Positions 22,685 through 35,481 of a stretch of 64,000 nucleotides of DNA are shown here, piece by piece (within the stretch, counting starts at the first letter, position 1; each line of letters opens with the position of its first letter). The notes beneath the pieces are model-generated. The model saw only the letters and a list, made by a program, of their open reading frames with translations, was not told where the DNA came from and did not search any database. The position numbers and the translations under genes were made by a program. Source of the DNA: Fonticula alba ATCC 38817 (taxonomy: Eukaryota > Protista > Nucleariida); the NCBI GenBank assembly GCA_000388065.2, contig KB932207.1; one strand, written 5' to 3'.

Positions 22685-24601
22685 TGCCACCACTGCCACC
22701 ACCAGCAGCACCGCCAGCAGCCAGCATGGTGCCGGCCACGCCACCGGCTGATTGAGGGGGCGGCGAGTGGTGCGAGTCGGTGCTGGCGGTCCCGGAGACC
22801 GATGTGCCGGCCGCCCCGCTGCCAACCGGCACCAGGGGGATGGCCACCCCGCTGGAAAAGGTCGGCGAGTGATCCCCACCGCAGAGGTGCCCCGGGCCGG
22901 CGCCGGCGCCAGCACCACAGGTGCACTCCCCGGACATTCGACACAGGGCGGCCGCATGCTCCAGGTCAATTTGCCGGTCAATGACCCGGCGCATGCGGGT
23001 CAGGGGGAAGGCCCGCGGACCGAAGAAGATGGTGTGAATATTCTGCCAGTAGGACTCCACCGCGAAGGGGTTGTACTTGTACCGACGGTTGAACTGTCAC
23101 CGAGGAGGGAGAGAAAGAGGGGCGAGGGAGCAGGAGGCGCATTAGGACGGGGGGAGGGAGCGGGGCGGGGCGGGGCAGGGTGTTGGACCCCAGGCATCCT
23201 GGGGAAGGGGGGCGAACAGGTGCGCACCCGCTCGATGGTGGTCATCTGGTGGTAGAGCAGGAGAATGTGAAGAGCCAGCAACACGGAGATCATCAGGACG
23301 AAGAGCACCGCCAAGGAGGCGAGGATGATCGGGCCCGGGCGCAAGCGCAGGGCCTCGTGGAAGGACAGCGGCCCACCGCCGCCGCCGCCGCCGCCGGCAG
23401 CCCCGGGGGGGAGGCCGCGCGTGCAGAGGAGGTAATAGTGGAAGATGGCCACCCCGATCATGTAGATGCTCAGAAGCGGGATGGAGTGGACAAAGATCAG
23501 GAAGTGCCGGTAATTTCGCCGGCCAATGCAATTCGACAGCCAGGGACAGTCTTCCCGAGCAGGGGCGCGAAGCGGGAACACGGGGAGTCAGCACACCGGC
23601 AGGTCTGGGCGTGCGAGTGCACCGGCAAGAAAAGGAGCGAGCGGGAGGATGCGCGCACGATGGTCAAAGCGATCTGCGATGAGCCAAGAGACAGTGGGCC
23701 CCAGGGTGGAGGGAGAGGGGGGGGGGGGGGGGAAGCAAGAGAGAATTAGTAACAGCACTCGTGGCTGTCAAGCGGCGGCACTGCGCGGACGGGACCACGG
23801 ACCGACACAACGCCGGCACACGGAGCAGTGTGATGCGCGTGGCGGCCGGAAGAAGTAGCAGGTGACGCAATAGCGTAGCTCAACGCCGTGCATGGTGGAT
23901 GGGCTGCCGGCGACGCAGTTCTTCGGTGGGGGGATGTGATCGGGCAGGATGAAAGCCACCGGGACCACTGTGTCCATGAAGGGGTCCTCAGCGAGCAGGT
24001 CCACCACTCGAATGGGCATGTACCTGGAGACAGACAAGCGGGAGGGTGAGTGGGGGGGGGGGGGGGAGGGAGGGGGAGGAAAAAAAGGGACAAGGCCACG
24101 GGGAACGGCGGACAGGGGGATGCCCGAGGAAGGGAGGGTGGCACAAATGCAGGCACACAATCAACGCACCCGGGATCCGACTGAGAGGCGGCCAGCATGG
24201 AGGCCACCGCGACCAGGGAGATGAGACCAAAGATGATCGGCAAGGCCTTGTACCCATAACGCCACAGGTCCGGGGCGCTAATTCACCATGCCGACGACAG
24301 GGGGGTGGTCAGGTGAGAACCGAGGTGGCAGGGGGGAGCAAGCCGAGCGGCGCGCATGGCCGTCCCGGAGGCGGGGAAGCAGGATACACACGCACCAGGA
24401 TGCGAAGAAGAGCACGATGGATCCCACCAGCAGCAGAAACGTCCCGATGAAGCCGAGTCGCCTTGAGAGGGCATCCCCCCACCGCGACAGGAGAGATGCC
24501 GGCCGGGCGCCGAGCTCCTCCAGCCGCAGGGGATTGATCTCGCGCAGGGGATAAGGCGGCATCGGTCCCGAGCCGGCCGAGCGACCACGCGAGCCTCTCA
24601 T
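22434..24601 (-). CDS. DHHC-type protein S-palmitoyltransferase (ERF2/ZDHHC9-like), 6 exons
   Basis: Exons 24601-24396, 24277-24170, 24023-23803, 23673-23659 (15-nt microexon), 23550-23228 and 23093-~22434. The spliced Cys-rich domain reads [45 protein letters not shown]. Four TM segments, a downstream TTIE (TTxE) motif and YNPF. Confidence 0.92.
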
Positions 24602-25574
24602 GCCGGACCAGCAGGAGGGGGATGGGGATGGGCAGTGGAGGAGAGGGGAGGGGGAGGGGAGAGAGAGAGAGATAGAGAGAAGGGAAGGGAAGGGAGGAAA
24701 GGCACCGCGGGCAGGAAAGGAAAGGTGGGAGCGATGTCCTGCTCGGAGAGGAGGGGGGGGGGGGGGCGAATGCGGGGAGCCCGTAAGGCTTGCGAGGCCG
24801 GCCGGGGTCCGGAAATATGCGCGCCCTGACGAATCCTCGCCAGGGGACCTGGTCGCCGGGCTCCGCCGAGAGGCGCGCCAAAGCATGGTCACCTGCTGAA
24901 AGGCTGTTGCTGGGGGCGCAGATCCATGCCCCATGCCAAGGGGGGGGGGGGGGACAGTTGCCGGCTGATGGCGGCCAGCGACTGCATCCCCGGCGATGAT
25001 CGGCCAAGGGCGGTGACACAGCGCGCCCGGGGGATGCATTCGTGTGGGGTCCAGCTTGCATGGGTGCGGGGGTGCGTTGTTGCGCTGCCCGGGCGCCGGG
25101 CGCGCTGGCAGGCCGCTGCGTTGAGGCGGCTGCCAGCCCCGGCGGCGGGTGCGCACGGTCGGCCGGCCACACCCTGGCGGCACAAATGGGGTAGCTAATG
25201 CCCCCCCCCCCTCCGCTCTCTCCCCGGGAGGGAACGGGTTTTTTGACCGACTGAGAATGAGGGAGGCGTGCCGACGGACCCGGGCTGCGGGTACGCACGC
25301 GCACAGAGGTTTGGCGTCGGGTGACAAGTGCAGGTCACGTGCTGACACGTTGTGGGTCAAGCACCCGCAGAGAAGTCCATCCCCGGCGCCCCCAGAGGCG
25401 AAGGCCAGGCGGCGTATGAGGGGAGGAGAGCAACAGCAACAACAACACACACGGGCAGGATATGGGACACAAATGGGAGTCTATACGGGGGAAGAAGGAG
25501 GACAGAAGAGGGACTCGGCGCCGGCAGGCAAAAGGGAGCCCAGGCCCATGGGTCCCCCTGCCGGCCCCTGCCAA

Positions 25575-27225
25575 TCAACAAGAGGCAGGGCCGGCCGCGG
25601 CTTCAACACGCGGGCGCTTGCTGGGGGGCTCGCCGAGCCCCGGATCGGGGGTGGCCTCCTCGGTCGGCGGCCAGGCCAGCTCCACTTCGAACACATCCAG
25701 GGCCACAATGTCCACCGGGGATTCGGTCGTGTGATTGGCGCTCGCGGGCCAGAAGGGGCCGGCCGGATTGATGCCGAGGAACTGCGACCCGAAGGAGGGG
25801 CTGGTGCGGCCGAGATCCCCATGTACGAACTCCTTGATGTAGCTGCTCGGGAGGGGGGGGGGAGGAGAGGTGAACGAGTGAGTTGCCCTTTGCCTTCCTG
25901 CTAGCAGAGGAAAGGGGCGGGAGGGGGGGGGGGGCGCGGACGGCGAGAGGAGGCGGCACCCCGCGCAGGGAGGGAAAGGGGCGGAGCCGAAGAAACGCAC
26001 GTGCCCGACTGGGTGGTGAGGAAGAGCTCAAAGTACCGAGCGCCGGAGTCCAGGGGCTGGTGCCAAATGGGCCGGAGCTGCATGGCGTGGATGTGACGCA
26101 CGCGGGTCATCGGCGCGCGGCTGGCCCGGGGGACGCGTGCGAGAGGAGGCCGGGAACGGCAGAGCATCCGGGTGAGTATGGGAATGCTCGAGGCGCAGGG
26201 GGGGGGAGGGGGGAGGCGGGCGTGGCCCAAGCGTCTACGCACCGGTGAAGCACGCGCAGCGGCGTATCCTGATTCAGGGCCAGATCGCGGGTATCGGCCA
26301 CCCGGCGAATGAGATCGGCCAGAGCCGGCTCCACGCGAGCCAGATCCTCCTGCATGAGGCGCTCGGCGGCGTCGGCACTGTCCACCGGGGAGGTGGTGGC
26401 CGTGGTGGCCGCCGGTCCGGCCTGACGCCGGGCCTGGAAATCCTCCGACTGGCTTGAGAGGAGCCCATTCCGGGCCAGGACGTCGGCGCGGACGCGCACC
26501 ACCGCCCGGTAGGTTTTGGTTTTTTCGGCCTCGGCCGCGGCATCCGGAACCCGAATGGGATTGGTCTGCTCGAGGGTCAGGCTGACTAGCTGCTCGCGGT
26601 GCAGGCGCACCGGCTGGCCGCCGGCCGAGCCGACACACGCGGCCGGCAGCCCCGCGATCAGGTCGGGGTCAGTGGCCGAGTCCGGACGCTGGCGCAATGC
26701 CCGGCCGAAGGCCTCGGCCTCGGGCCCGGCGAGCCGGGAAATGGCCGCTCCCAGGGCGGCCAGCGAGGCCGGGCCCGGGCGGTGCCGCGGGTTCTGAAGC
26801 TCCACATAGAAGGGCCGACCCTGGCCGAGCATCCGCACGTCGGCATCCTCCCGGCCGGACCCGACAAACACCGCTCCACCGGCGCCGGTGAGCGCCGACA
26901 GCGGCTTGGCCAGGGCCTCTTCCACCGAAAGGGCGGTCTTACGGGTGGGCCCGGCTCCGCCGGACCCGGCGGAGGCCGGGCCGGAGTCCTCATCCGCCAG
27001 CTGGTCGATGCGGCCGCCGATGACCCAGATCGATTGGGACACCTCGCGAGAGTGCTTGGTGTAGCGGCCTGTTGGCATCCAAGAGAAGCCCGTGGGGGGG
27101 GGCGGGGGGCGGGGGGCGGGGGGCGGGAAGAGAGGAGGGAGGGGCAATCGCAACAGTGAGTCGTCGGGCAGGATGACAGGAGCAGCGCCATGGAAGAAGG
27201 AGAGACAAGTGGAGCGCGTGCACCC

Positions 27226-27260
<35 letters not shown>

Positions 27261-28437
27261 GACATCAACGGCCGACCAAGGGCGCGCACGCACCGGCAAT
27301 GTAGAGCGACGGGGAAGTGAAGGCGCAAGTCATGCGCAGAGGCGACCCCGGGCGCGGGAGGTCCGGCACCACGGACAGATCGGCGCCGGAGAAGGGGGGC
27401 CGCTGGCCGGCATGCATGCGCAGGCCATACTCCAGCCAGGTGAAGGAGATGCCCGGCTCGGTCGCCGGGGTGGGGGGCACATCGGCGGCGCCAGTCGAGG
27501 CGCCGGCCCCCGCGCTGTCGACGGCCGGGATGGTGGCGTCGCCACCGTCGGCCGGGGCGTCGGTCGGATTGGCGCCATCGACCGGGACATCGGCCTCGGG
27601 GGAGGCCGGCGGCATGGCCGGCGTCGGCACCTTGTAGCGGGTCAGGGCCGACACCAGGATGCCCGGCTGCAGGACCGCATACGGGTGGTTGACCTTGCGC
27701 GGGTCGGTTTGGGGGATGCGCGCCGGCCCGGCCTCGGCCGGCAGGTCGCTCAAAACCCGGAGATCGGCATGGGCTCCGGAATAGTCGAATGCCAGGGTGA
27801 TTCGCACCTCGATGGCCGGGTCGTAACGACCGTGGCTCGGGCGCTCGGCGGTGGCCTCCGCGATCAGGGCCTGGCAGACGGCCCGCGCGCCGGAACGCAC
27901 ATCCAGGGGGGTGGGCATTTTGTCACTAGAGAGGGGACAGGGGGAGGGGGAGGGGGGAACCTGTGAGTAGCGAACAATGAAGGAGGACCTCCGCGAGTGG
28001 ATGAGGCCGGAGGGACGAGGCCGGACATGGGGGGGGGGACGCCAGACTACCTACCTGATCTTGGTGCAAACAACGTAAAGACGCATGAGGCGCAGCTGCA
28101 GGGAGGCCGGGACATCATTCACCAGGACCTCGAAGGTGCCGGGGAAGGGGTCAAACGCGCGGGCGCTCTGGCCGACCTCCTCCAAGAAGCTGGGCGCCGT
28201 GCACTGACGGAAGAGGCCGAAGCAGATGGCGCAGTCGTCGATCGGGGCGGCCGAGGCAGGCTCGCGGTTCAGAGTCGCCAGGAAGTCGGCCACATTGACC
28301 GTGCGCCGGGTTTGCGACAGGATCAAGCCGCGCCAATCGCCAAAGAGGGCCTGGCAGTGCCGGCAGGCCGAGCTCAGGTGGGCCGCCACCGCGAGGATCT
28401 GCCCCTGCAGGATGTCGACCGAGGTCGGCTCACTCAT
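25575..28437 (-). CDS. PUS10: tRNA pseudouridine synthase Pus10 (5 exons)
   Basis: Exons 28437-28055, 27925-27294, 27068-26243, 26120-26001 and 25842-25575. N-terminal CxxC..CxxC; GRYTKHSREVSQSIW; catalytic SGREDADVRMLGQGRPFYVELQNP; KTKTYRAVV; LNQDTPLRVLHRR; TQSGTYIKEFVHGDLGRT; DIVALDVFEVELAWPP. Confidence 0.93.
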
Positions 28438-30324
28438 GGGCGAGGACCACGGGAGAAGGAACGCGAGAGGCGTTCACGTGGAAACAGAGGGAGCGGGGAC
28501 GGGGGAAAGAGGACAGGCCGGAAGAGACGGGCCGGCGGGGGGGGGGGGGGAGCCAAGGGGGGGGAAAGGGGGGGGGGGGGGGGGGGGGAAAGGGGGGGGG
28601 GGGGGGGGGGCGGGGGGGGGGGGGGGGGGGGGGAGCCAATGCGCGAGAAACGGGCGGGGAGGAGGCAGGGGACAGGGAGACAGGCGGCGAGGGGAGGCGA
28701 GGGGGTGGCATAGACGCACCCCGGCACCGAGTGCCGGCACAGCCGACCGAAGAACAGCGCCGCGGGATCTACTTCTCGCGTCGAGGCGGAGGGGCGCATG
28801 GCGGCGCAAGGAAGTACCAACGCAAAGTCCCGTGAGTCCATGTGATCTGCGGCCCCTCGAGCCGGCGAACTTCTTGGGCCGCCGCATAACCCCCGGTCCG
28901 TCCCCCCCCCCCCCCTCGGTGTCTCCGCCTCCGCCGGTTGGCGGCGAGTCCGGGCTGGGAACGGCCCGATGCCGCGGGCGGGCCGGGGGGGGGCAAGCGG
29001 AACCGTCCGTTGCAGGAAGGGGAAAACAGGCGATTCCGCGTATCGCGCTGCGTGCGCACGAGCGTGTGCCCCCGGCGGGGACGGGCCGGGCCGGGGCAGG
29101 GCGCGGGGGCGAGGCACCGGCCACACAAAGGGGAAGGTGGGCCACGTAAGACGCGGTGGGCTGGTGGCGGACACACACGGCCTGGCTCCGCCTGGGGGTC
29201 TGCGTTTCTCCTGCGCGTATGCCCCAGTTGGGAGGGCGCCCCAACTGACAATGCTCGCGGGCACTGGTCCATCGCCAATCTGCAGGCGCCGCGAACTTTG
29301 ATGTCGGGTGTGGCTCCGTCGGTGGTGCGTGTCAGAGGGGGAGGGGGGGGCGTGCAAAGAAACGCGCACGCCGGGGGAAGAGCCAGGGGGGGGGGGGGAC
29401 CGGTAATTCCCGGGCGAACGGCCAGAACCCGGGGCGAAGCGGACTATGCAGCATGCCTTAGCGCGGCGCGAGGGTCCAGACGCGTGTGGTTCCCGTCGGG
29501 CCAGCGCCCCCGCCTTCCGCACCGAGCGCCGGTGCGCCCGGCCGCCCGGCCGCCCGGTGCAAGGCAAAGAAAACGGCTGAAAGTTGAAGCCCATCGCCGG
29601 GGGAAGGGAGTGGCCCGAGCAGCGAGAGGCCTCTCCATCGGCCATTCAGCACCAGCAGGAGGCATGCCGTGGAGGCTCTCGACCAGCCGCGATCGGCCGG
29701 AACGGATTCCCTGCCACACCCCCCCCCCCCCCCCCGCCCGGCACCCCCCCCTGAAGGCGCACGGCGCGAATGTGCGCAGGCACGCCCATGCCCCGAGAGG
29801 CTGGCAATGCCGGACGACGCGTGGAGCACAGGGGGCCCCAGGGGGCGCCGGCCCCTCGTCCCTTTGCCCGCCTCACTGGCGGGCGCCGAGGCAAGCTCGC
29901 CATGATCGAGGCAGGGCACGAGCGCGCCTGTTGGCCCGGCCGCCCGGCCGCCGAGGGGCGGAAACCCCTACGACGGGAGCTGGGTCCGATGCCATTGACC
30001 TTTTTCGGGGAAACTCCCACCGCCGGCTGCGCCACCTCGGGCGCGACCCCAACACCCTCTCCCCTCCTCCCCGCTCCTCCCNNNNNNNNNNNNNNNNNNN
30101 NNNNNNNNNNNNNNNNNNNNNNNNNNNNNNNNNNNNNNNNNNNNNNNNNNNNNNNNNNNNNNNNNNNNNNNNNNNNNNNNNNNNNNNNNNNNNNNNNNNN
30201 NNNNNNNNNNNNNNCGCTCGCTCGCTCGCTCGCGCGCCCTCTTGGTCCTCCTGCCCCCTCCCTCTCTCTCTCTCTCTCTTTCTCCCCCTGTGTGTTGGCC
30301 TGGGCTCCGTTCCCTCCCAAACAG

Positions 30325-32854
30325 AGACGCCCCCGCCGGTGTCGACCCCCCTGGATGACAGTGTTCTCTTCAATGACACGGAGGCCCGCCCGGACCAGCC
30401 GATCATCAATGTCGACGCCCTGCGCGAGCATTTCTCCCGCGAGGGGCGCCTGACCACGGCCCAGGTCCACCGGATTGTCGATGCCGCCACGCAAATCCTC
30501 ACCGCCGAGCCAAATGTCCTGCACATTCCCGCTCCGATCACCAGTGCGTCAAGATCAGGCCCCTGCCCTGGGCACTCCCCCCCCCCCTCCCCTCCCGCCT
30601 GGAGCGATGCTCTTTGGCGCCTCTCCTGCCGCCCCTTCCTCCGCGCTCCCCTCCGTCCTGCCCCGTCTTCGGCCCCTGCTAATGCCCCCGGATTGCGGCC
30701 AGTTTGCGGCGACATCCACGGCCAGTACTATGACCTGGTCAAGCTGCTGGATGTCGGCGGTCACCCCTCCGAGACCCGGTATCTGTTCCTGGGTGACTAT
30801 GTTGATCGTGGGTACTTCTCGGTGGAGGTGCGTGTCGATGCATCGATCGATCGTGTCCCCCGTCTCTGCTCACCTGGCTCGCTGACTTCCCCCTGCCCCT
30901 GTCGCCGCTCCTTGTTGTGTCTTCACCTTTTCCTGTTGACTGGTTCGCCTCGGGGCTTCCTTCTTTCCTTTTTTTTTTTTGCTGCCCGGCCCCCTCTCCT
31001 GGGCGTCCTCGCACATGCATGCCCCCCTCTGCCCGACCGCCTTCCCGCCCTCCCGCCCTCCCTCTCCTCCAGTGTGTCCTCTACCTCTTTGCCCTCAAGA
31101 TTGCCTACCCGCAGAATGTCTTCCTCCTGCGCGGGAACCATGAGTGCCGGCACTTGACCGACTACTTCACCTTCAAGCTGGAGTGCATCACGAAGTATGA
31201 CGAGATGCTGTATGACTTGCTGATGTTGGCCTTCGACGCGCTTCCCCTGGCGGCGGTCGTCAACAAGCAGTTCTTCTGTGTGCACGGCGGCCTGTCGCCA
31301 TCGATTCAAACCCCGGCCGATGTGGACAAGGTGCGCTCGGAGGATGGCCACCTTTCCCCTCTTACCTGGCCTTTGGCGGCCTTGCCACGCCCTTGCTAAT
31401 GCGTGACCTTCCCCCTCGCCCTCCCTCCCCCCCCCCGCCCTCCTCCTCCCTGGCGTTCGACCTCCCGGATCTCAGATCGACCGCTTCCGCGAGCCGCCCA
31501 GCTCCGGCCCCATGTGTGATCTCCTTTGGTCCGACCCGTCGGAGGACTATGATGAGAGCGTCTCCACCGACTCCTATGACCACTTCCAGCACAACTCCAC
31601 CCGCGGGTGCTCCTATTTCTACACGTACGCCCCCTGGCCCGCTGGGGGCCAGCCTCGCCTGATCCCCCACTCGCGGCTCCCTCCCGTCCGCGTCCTCCTC
31701 TAACCTGGCGGCCCTCCGGGCTCCCCTCACTGTGGCAGGTTCGCCGCCACCTGCGCCTTCCTCGAGCGGAACAAACTGCTGTCGGTCATTCGCGCGCACG
31801 AGGCCCAGGACTCCGGGTACGTGCCCCCTTTCCCTGGACTCCCCTCTGCCGGCCCCTCCCTTCCCTCGGCGCCCTTTCGCGTCCCGAGCCCGTTCTTTTG
31901 TCACTAACAAGGCAGGGGCGCCTCCCCCCCCCCCCTCTCCTCTCCCTCGCGCTTGCCCAGGTATCGCATGTATCGGAAGAACCCGACCACCGGCTTCCCC
32001 TCTCTGATTACGCTCTTCTCGGCGCCGAATTATCTGGACGTCTACAACAACAAGGGTACCCCCCCCCCCCCTGCGCCAGTTGCCCCTGTGTCCATCTTGA
32101 CCACCGTGCTGACCCCCCAGCTCTCTGACCCTGCTTTGCAGCGGCCATTTTGAAGTACGACACCAATGTCATGAACATCCGCCAGTTCAGCTTCTCCCCC
32201 CATCCGTACTGGCTGCCGAACTTCATGGACGTCTTCTCCTGGTCCCTGCCCTTCGTGGCGGAGAAGAGTGCGTGCTCTAAGACCGGTGCCGGGGTTTTTT
32301 TTTTTGCCTGGCCGGCCTGTGCGAGCCAGGATGCCTGATGCCGATGCCTGTACTCACGCTGCCCTCTTCTTCTCTCTCTCTCCCTCTCCCCCCCGCCCCC
32401 GCTCCCACTCTCGTTTTGCCTGTCCCTCCGTCTTGTGGGGGACTTTGTTGCAGTTTCCGACATGCTTGGGAGCGTGCTCTCGGTGGTGACGGAGGACGAA
32501 CTCAAGCAGGAGCTTGCCCAGGGGCCGGTCAGCCTGACCCCCGGGCAGTCGCCCGGCTTGCCGTCCATCGTGCTGCCGAGCGAGGCTGGCGACACCGCCG
32601 GCGGCGAGACCACCACCGAGGAGGCCCTCGTGTCGGACAAGGACCGCGAGGCCCGGCGCGAGGCCATTCGGTCGAAGATCATGGCTGTGGCCCGCATGTC
32701 TCGGGTGTTCTCGGTCATCCGGTGCGCCAATTTTACTTTTGACCTCCTCCTCCTCCGTCGCCCTGTCTCCCCTCTCCCTCCGGCGTGCGGGAGGGGGGGG
32801 AGCCTGGGTGAAACCTGCCGCGCCATGTGGCACATCGCCTGCCCTTTGCCCCTA

Positions 32855-32888
<34 letters not shown>

Positions 32889-33501
32889 TATGCCCTGGCG
32901 CGCACATGCCACAGCGAGCAGCATGAGAGCATCGTCCAGCTCAAGGGCCTGTACGGGACTGGCCAGCTGCCGCAGGGCCTCCTGGCTCAAGGCAAGGCTG
33001 GTATTGATGCGGGTGCGTGGGGGGCTCCTTTTTTTTTCCCGCCGGCACACATGCACTCCTCTCGCCACCCGAGCATTTCGTCAGCAAGGGTTGGGGGGGG
33101 GGGGGGGGGGGGGGCGGGCCCAACCGCCTGCAAAAGGGTCCCCCGAGAGACGTCCCCTAACCCCGGGCCTCGCCACTCGGGGCGGGGAAAAAAAAACAGC
33201 CCTCCAGGACTTCAAGTCCGCCCAGCAGGCTGACAAGCCGAACGAGGCGATGCCCCCTCGTCGCGACGACTTGGAGATTACATCGGCCGTTACGGCCATG
33301 CGCCTGGGTCGGCGCGGCAGCACCGGCGCCTGCAGCTCCACCGATAACCTCCTGCTGGCAGCCCAGCTGCAGCAGCAGCAGCAGCTGGGCGCCGCCGGGT
33401 CGGCAGACTCCCCGGACTCCGCCGGCGCCGATGCGCCCCCGTCCATCGCCACGGCGGTCATTTCCCTGGACTCGGAGATGTCCGAGCCCGCCGACCAGTG
33501 A
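30325..33501 (+). CDS. CNA1: Calcineurin A (PP2B catalytic subunit); first exon not located, possibly in or before the N gap at 30082-30214
   Basis: Exons 30325-30543, 30703-30827, 31073-31330, 31476-31624, 31739-31816, 31961-~32054, 32142-32267, 32454-32721, 32915-33012 and 33200-33501. PPP motifs GDIHG, GDYVDRG, RGNHE, HGGLSP, DLLWSDP, RAHEAQD and SAPNY. CnB-binding [23 protein letters not shown], CaM-binding [24 protein letters not shown] and autoinhibitory [16 protein letters not shown]. Confidence 0.97.
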
Positions 33502-33597
33502 ACAGTCAAAGAGGCGCGCTTGGCGGCGGGGCAGGCCCCAGGGTCGCCCGCTCGTCCTGCTTCCTCCCTCCTCTCCGCCACTTCGTCCACCTTCTCC

Positions 33598-34841
33598 GCT
33601 GGTGCTCCCTCCCCTCTGTCGCCTGGAGCACCGCTTTCCCTTAGTTTTCATCCCCCCTCCATGCCACAATACACACATTTCCTCCTCTGCTGGGCGTGGT
33701 GCCGTGTGCATATGTGTGCCCGATTTCTGCATGTTGTCAGGCGGGGGGGGGGGGTGGCATACACCACTCGCGGGCGTGCCGCGCGGCTGCCGGCCCCCCC
33801 CCCCCCCCCCCCTCCCCCCGGGGGGGAACACGNNNNNNNNNNCCCCCCCCCCCCCCTCCCCCCGGGGGGGAACACGGAACAAAAAACCGGACAGCCATGA
33901 CCCGCCCCGCGCGAGATAATGCCCGCCCGAGGGCCCTCTCGCCAGCCGCGCCGGGCTTGCGCCTTCGCGGGCGCGGAAATTCCGCTCCCCGGGCGGCCCG
34001 CCCCCGAGAGACAGAATCGTTGGCACCTGGCGGCCCATCTCCGCCGGCCCCGGCGGCGGCTTGGGGGCCGGGGGCGACCGGATGATACGACGGCCGCCAG
34101 GGAGCCCAGTCAGACATTACCTCACACCAGGGTATCCCCGCGGTATATCACACATCCCAACGTAAAGGTTGCATGGAATCCGGCCGCCGCGCCCCGGGCG
34201 CGCGGGCGCGGGCGCGCTCGACAAGCTCCGGAGGAGATCCGCCGCGGCCTTCTGCCCCGGGGGAGGCTGATCTTTTCCGAGGGGGGGTGCGCGATCCACG
34301 CGACCGATCGGCCCCGGCCGGGCCTTCCGACTGCCGGAGTACTCGTCACCAGCAATGTGCCACGCTCTGTGCCGGGTGGGCCCCGTGTGTGGCTTCGCCC
34401 CCGGGCGCGGCGGTGCCCCTCTTGTGGGGCTCCTCCCTGCCTTTTTCCGTGTCCCGCAGCCGGCTACGGTGGCCGCGCCGCGGACGGGGGGCCTGGCAGG
34501 GCGGGGCGGTCCTTCTCGCCAAGGCTGCTGCTGGCTGGTGTGCCGCCGCCGCCACCACACAGCGGGCCTTTTCGTGCAGCGCCCCAGCCCCTGTTCAGCT
34601 AGGAACCACAATCAAGCATCTGCTACCGCTGTCCCTCCTCCCCTCCGTCTCCACAACATATCCGAGACTCCGGTTGTGTTTCTTCTTCCTTTTCCCCCTG
34701 TTGCCTCCCCCGGACACGCCTCTCCCTGCCTGTCACCCGGCGCTGTGCGTATCGCTCCTGGTCCGCCGTGTACCAGCGCCCCTCCCCTCGGCCGGTCCCC
34801 TGTCCTCCTGCCTTGCCCCGCCTGCAACCCCCTCTCGGTGC

Positions 34842-34881
<40 letters not shown>

Positions 34882-35481
34882 TCGCGCGCGCGTGTGTGTA
34901 TGGGTGCTGCCTGTGCTGCATGCCGCGTGGGTGCCTGCCCTGTCAGCTTGATTTCTTTCCCCAACCATGGCCCTTGACTTGGGCGGTGTCCCCCGCCGGG
35001 CCGGCCGCCCGGCCGACGGGCAACTCATGCGCGCGGCCGGCCTGGCCTTGCTCGTGTGGAGCTGCCTCGCGCTGTCGGTCACGGCCATCGGCCCTGCTGC
35101 CGGCGCCACAGACCCCACCGACCTGGAGGGGCCCTCACCTCTGACCACCCTCTCGAGCGCCCTGTCCCCGGAGGAGCTGGCCGAGCTGACCCAGAAGATT
35201 CGCGGAACCTACGCCGGGGATGTTCACTACTCCATCCGGCCGGTGGCCAATGAGCGGCACAATTTGGAGCTTGCCCGGTCCGGCGTGTACCACGTCGAGA
35301 AGGGCCGCGGATACATGGTATGTCCAGGGCGCATGGCCGGTGTGCCGGGCCTTCGCCGATACTCACCCGATGCCTTTGTCCCTTCCCGGCCCTTGCCTGC
35401 CCGCCTGCTCGCCTGCCTGTCTCGGATGCTCCTATCCGGGCTGCTGGCTGGTGCTCCCTCCCCTCTGTCGCCTGGAGCACC
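33598..35481 (+). repeat. 35-bp exact dispersed direct repeat (33598-33632 and 35447-35481) containing an 8-bp inverted repeat
   Basis: GCTGGTGCTCCCTCCCCTCTGTCGCCTGGAGCACC is present twice; GGTGCTCC/GGAGCACC form a hairpin stem. The second copy abuts an N gap. Confidence 0.8.

Noticed and set aside
29665-29720. MPWRLSTSRDRPERIP as a possible first exon of calcineurin A (resembles LSTTDRV)
   Set aside because: No in-phase consensus donor follows it, and the intervening N gap (30082-30214) could hold the real first exon, so it is left unresolved.
33790-33870. Duplicated CCCCCGGGGGGGAACACG on both sides of a short N gap
   Set aside because: Typical overlapping contig ends at a scaffold gap; not biological.
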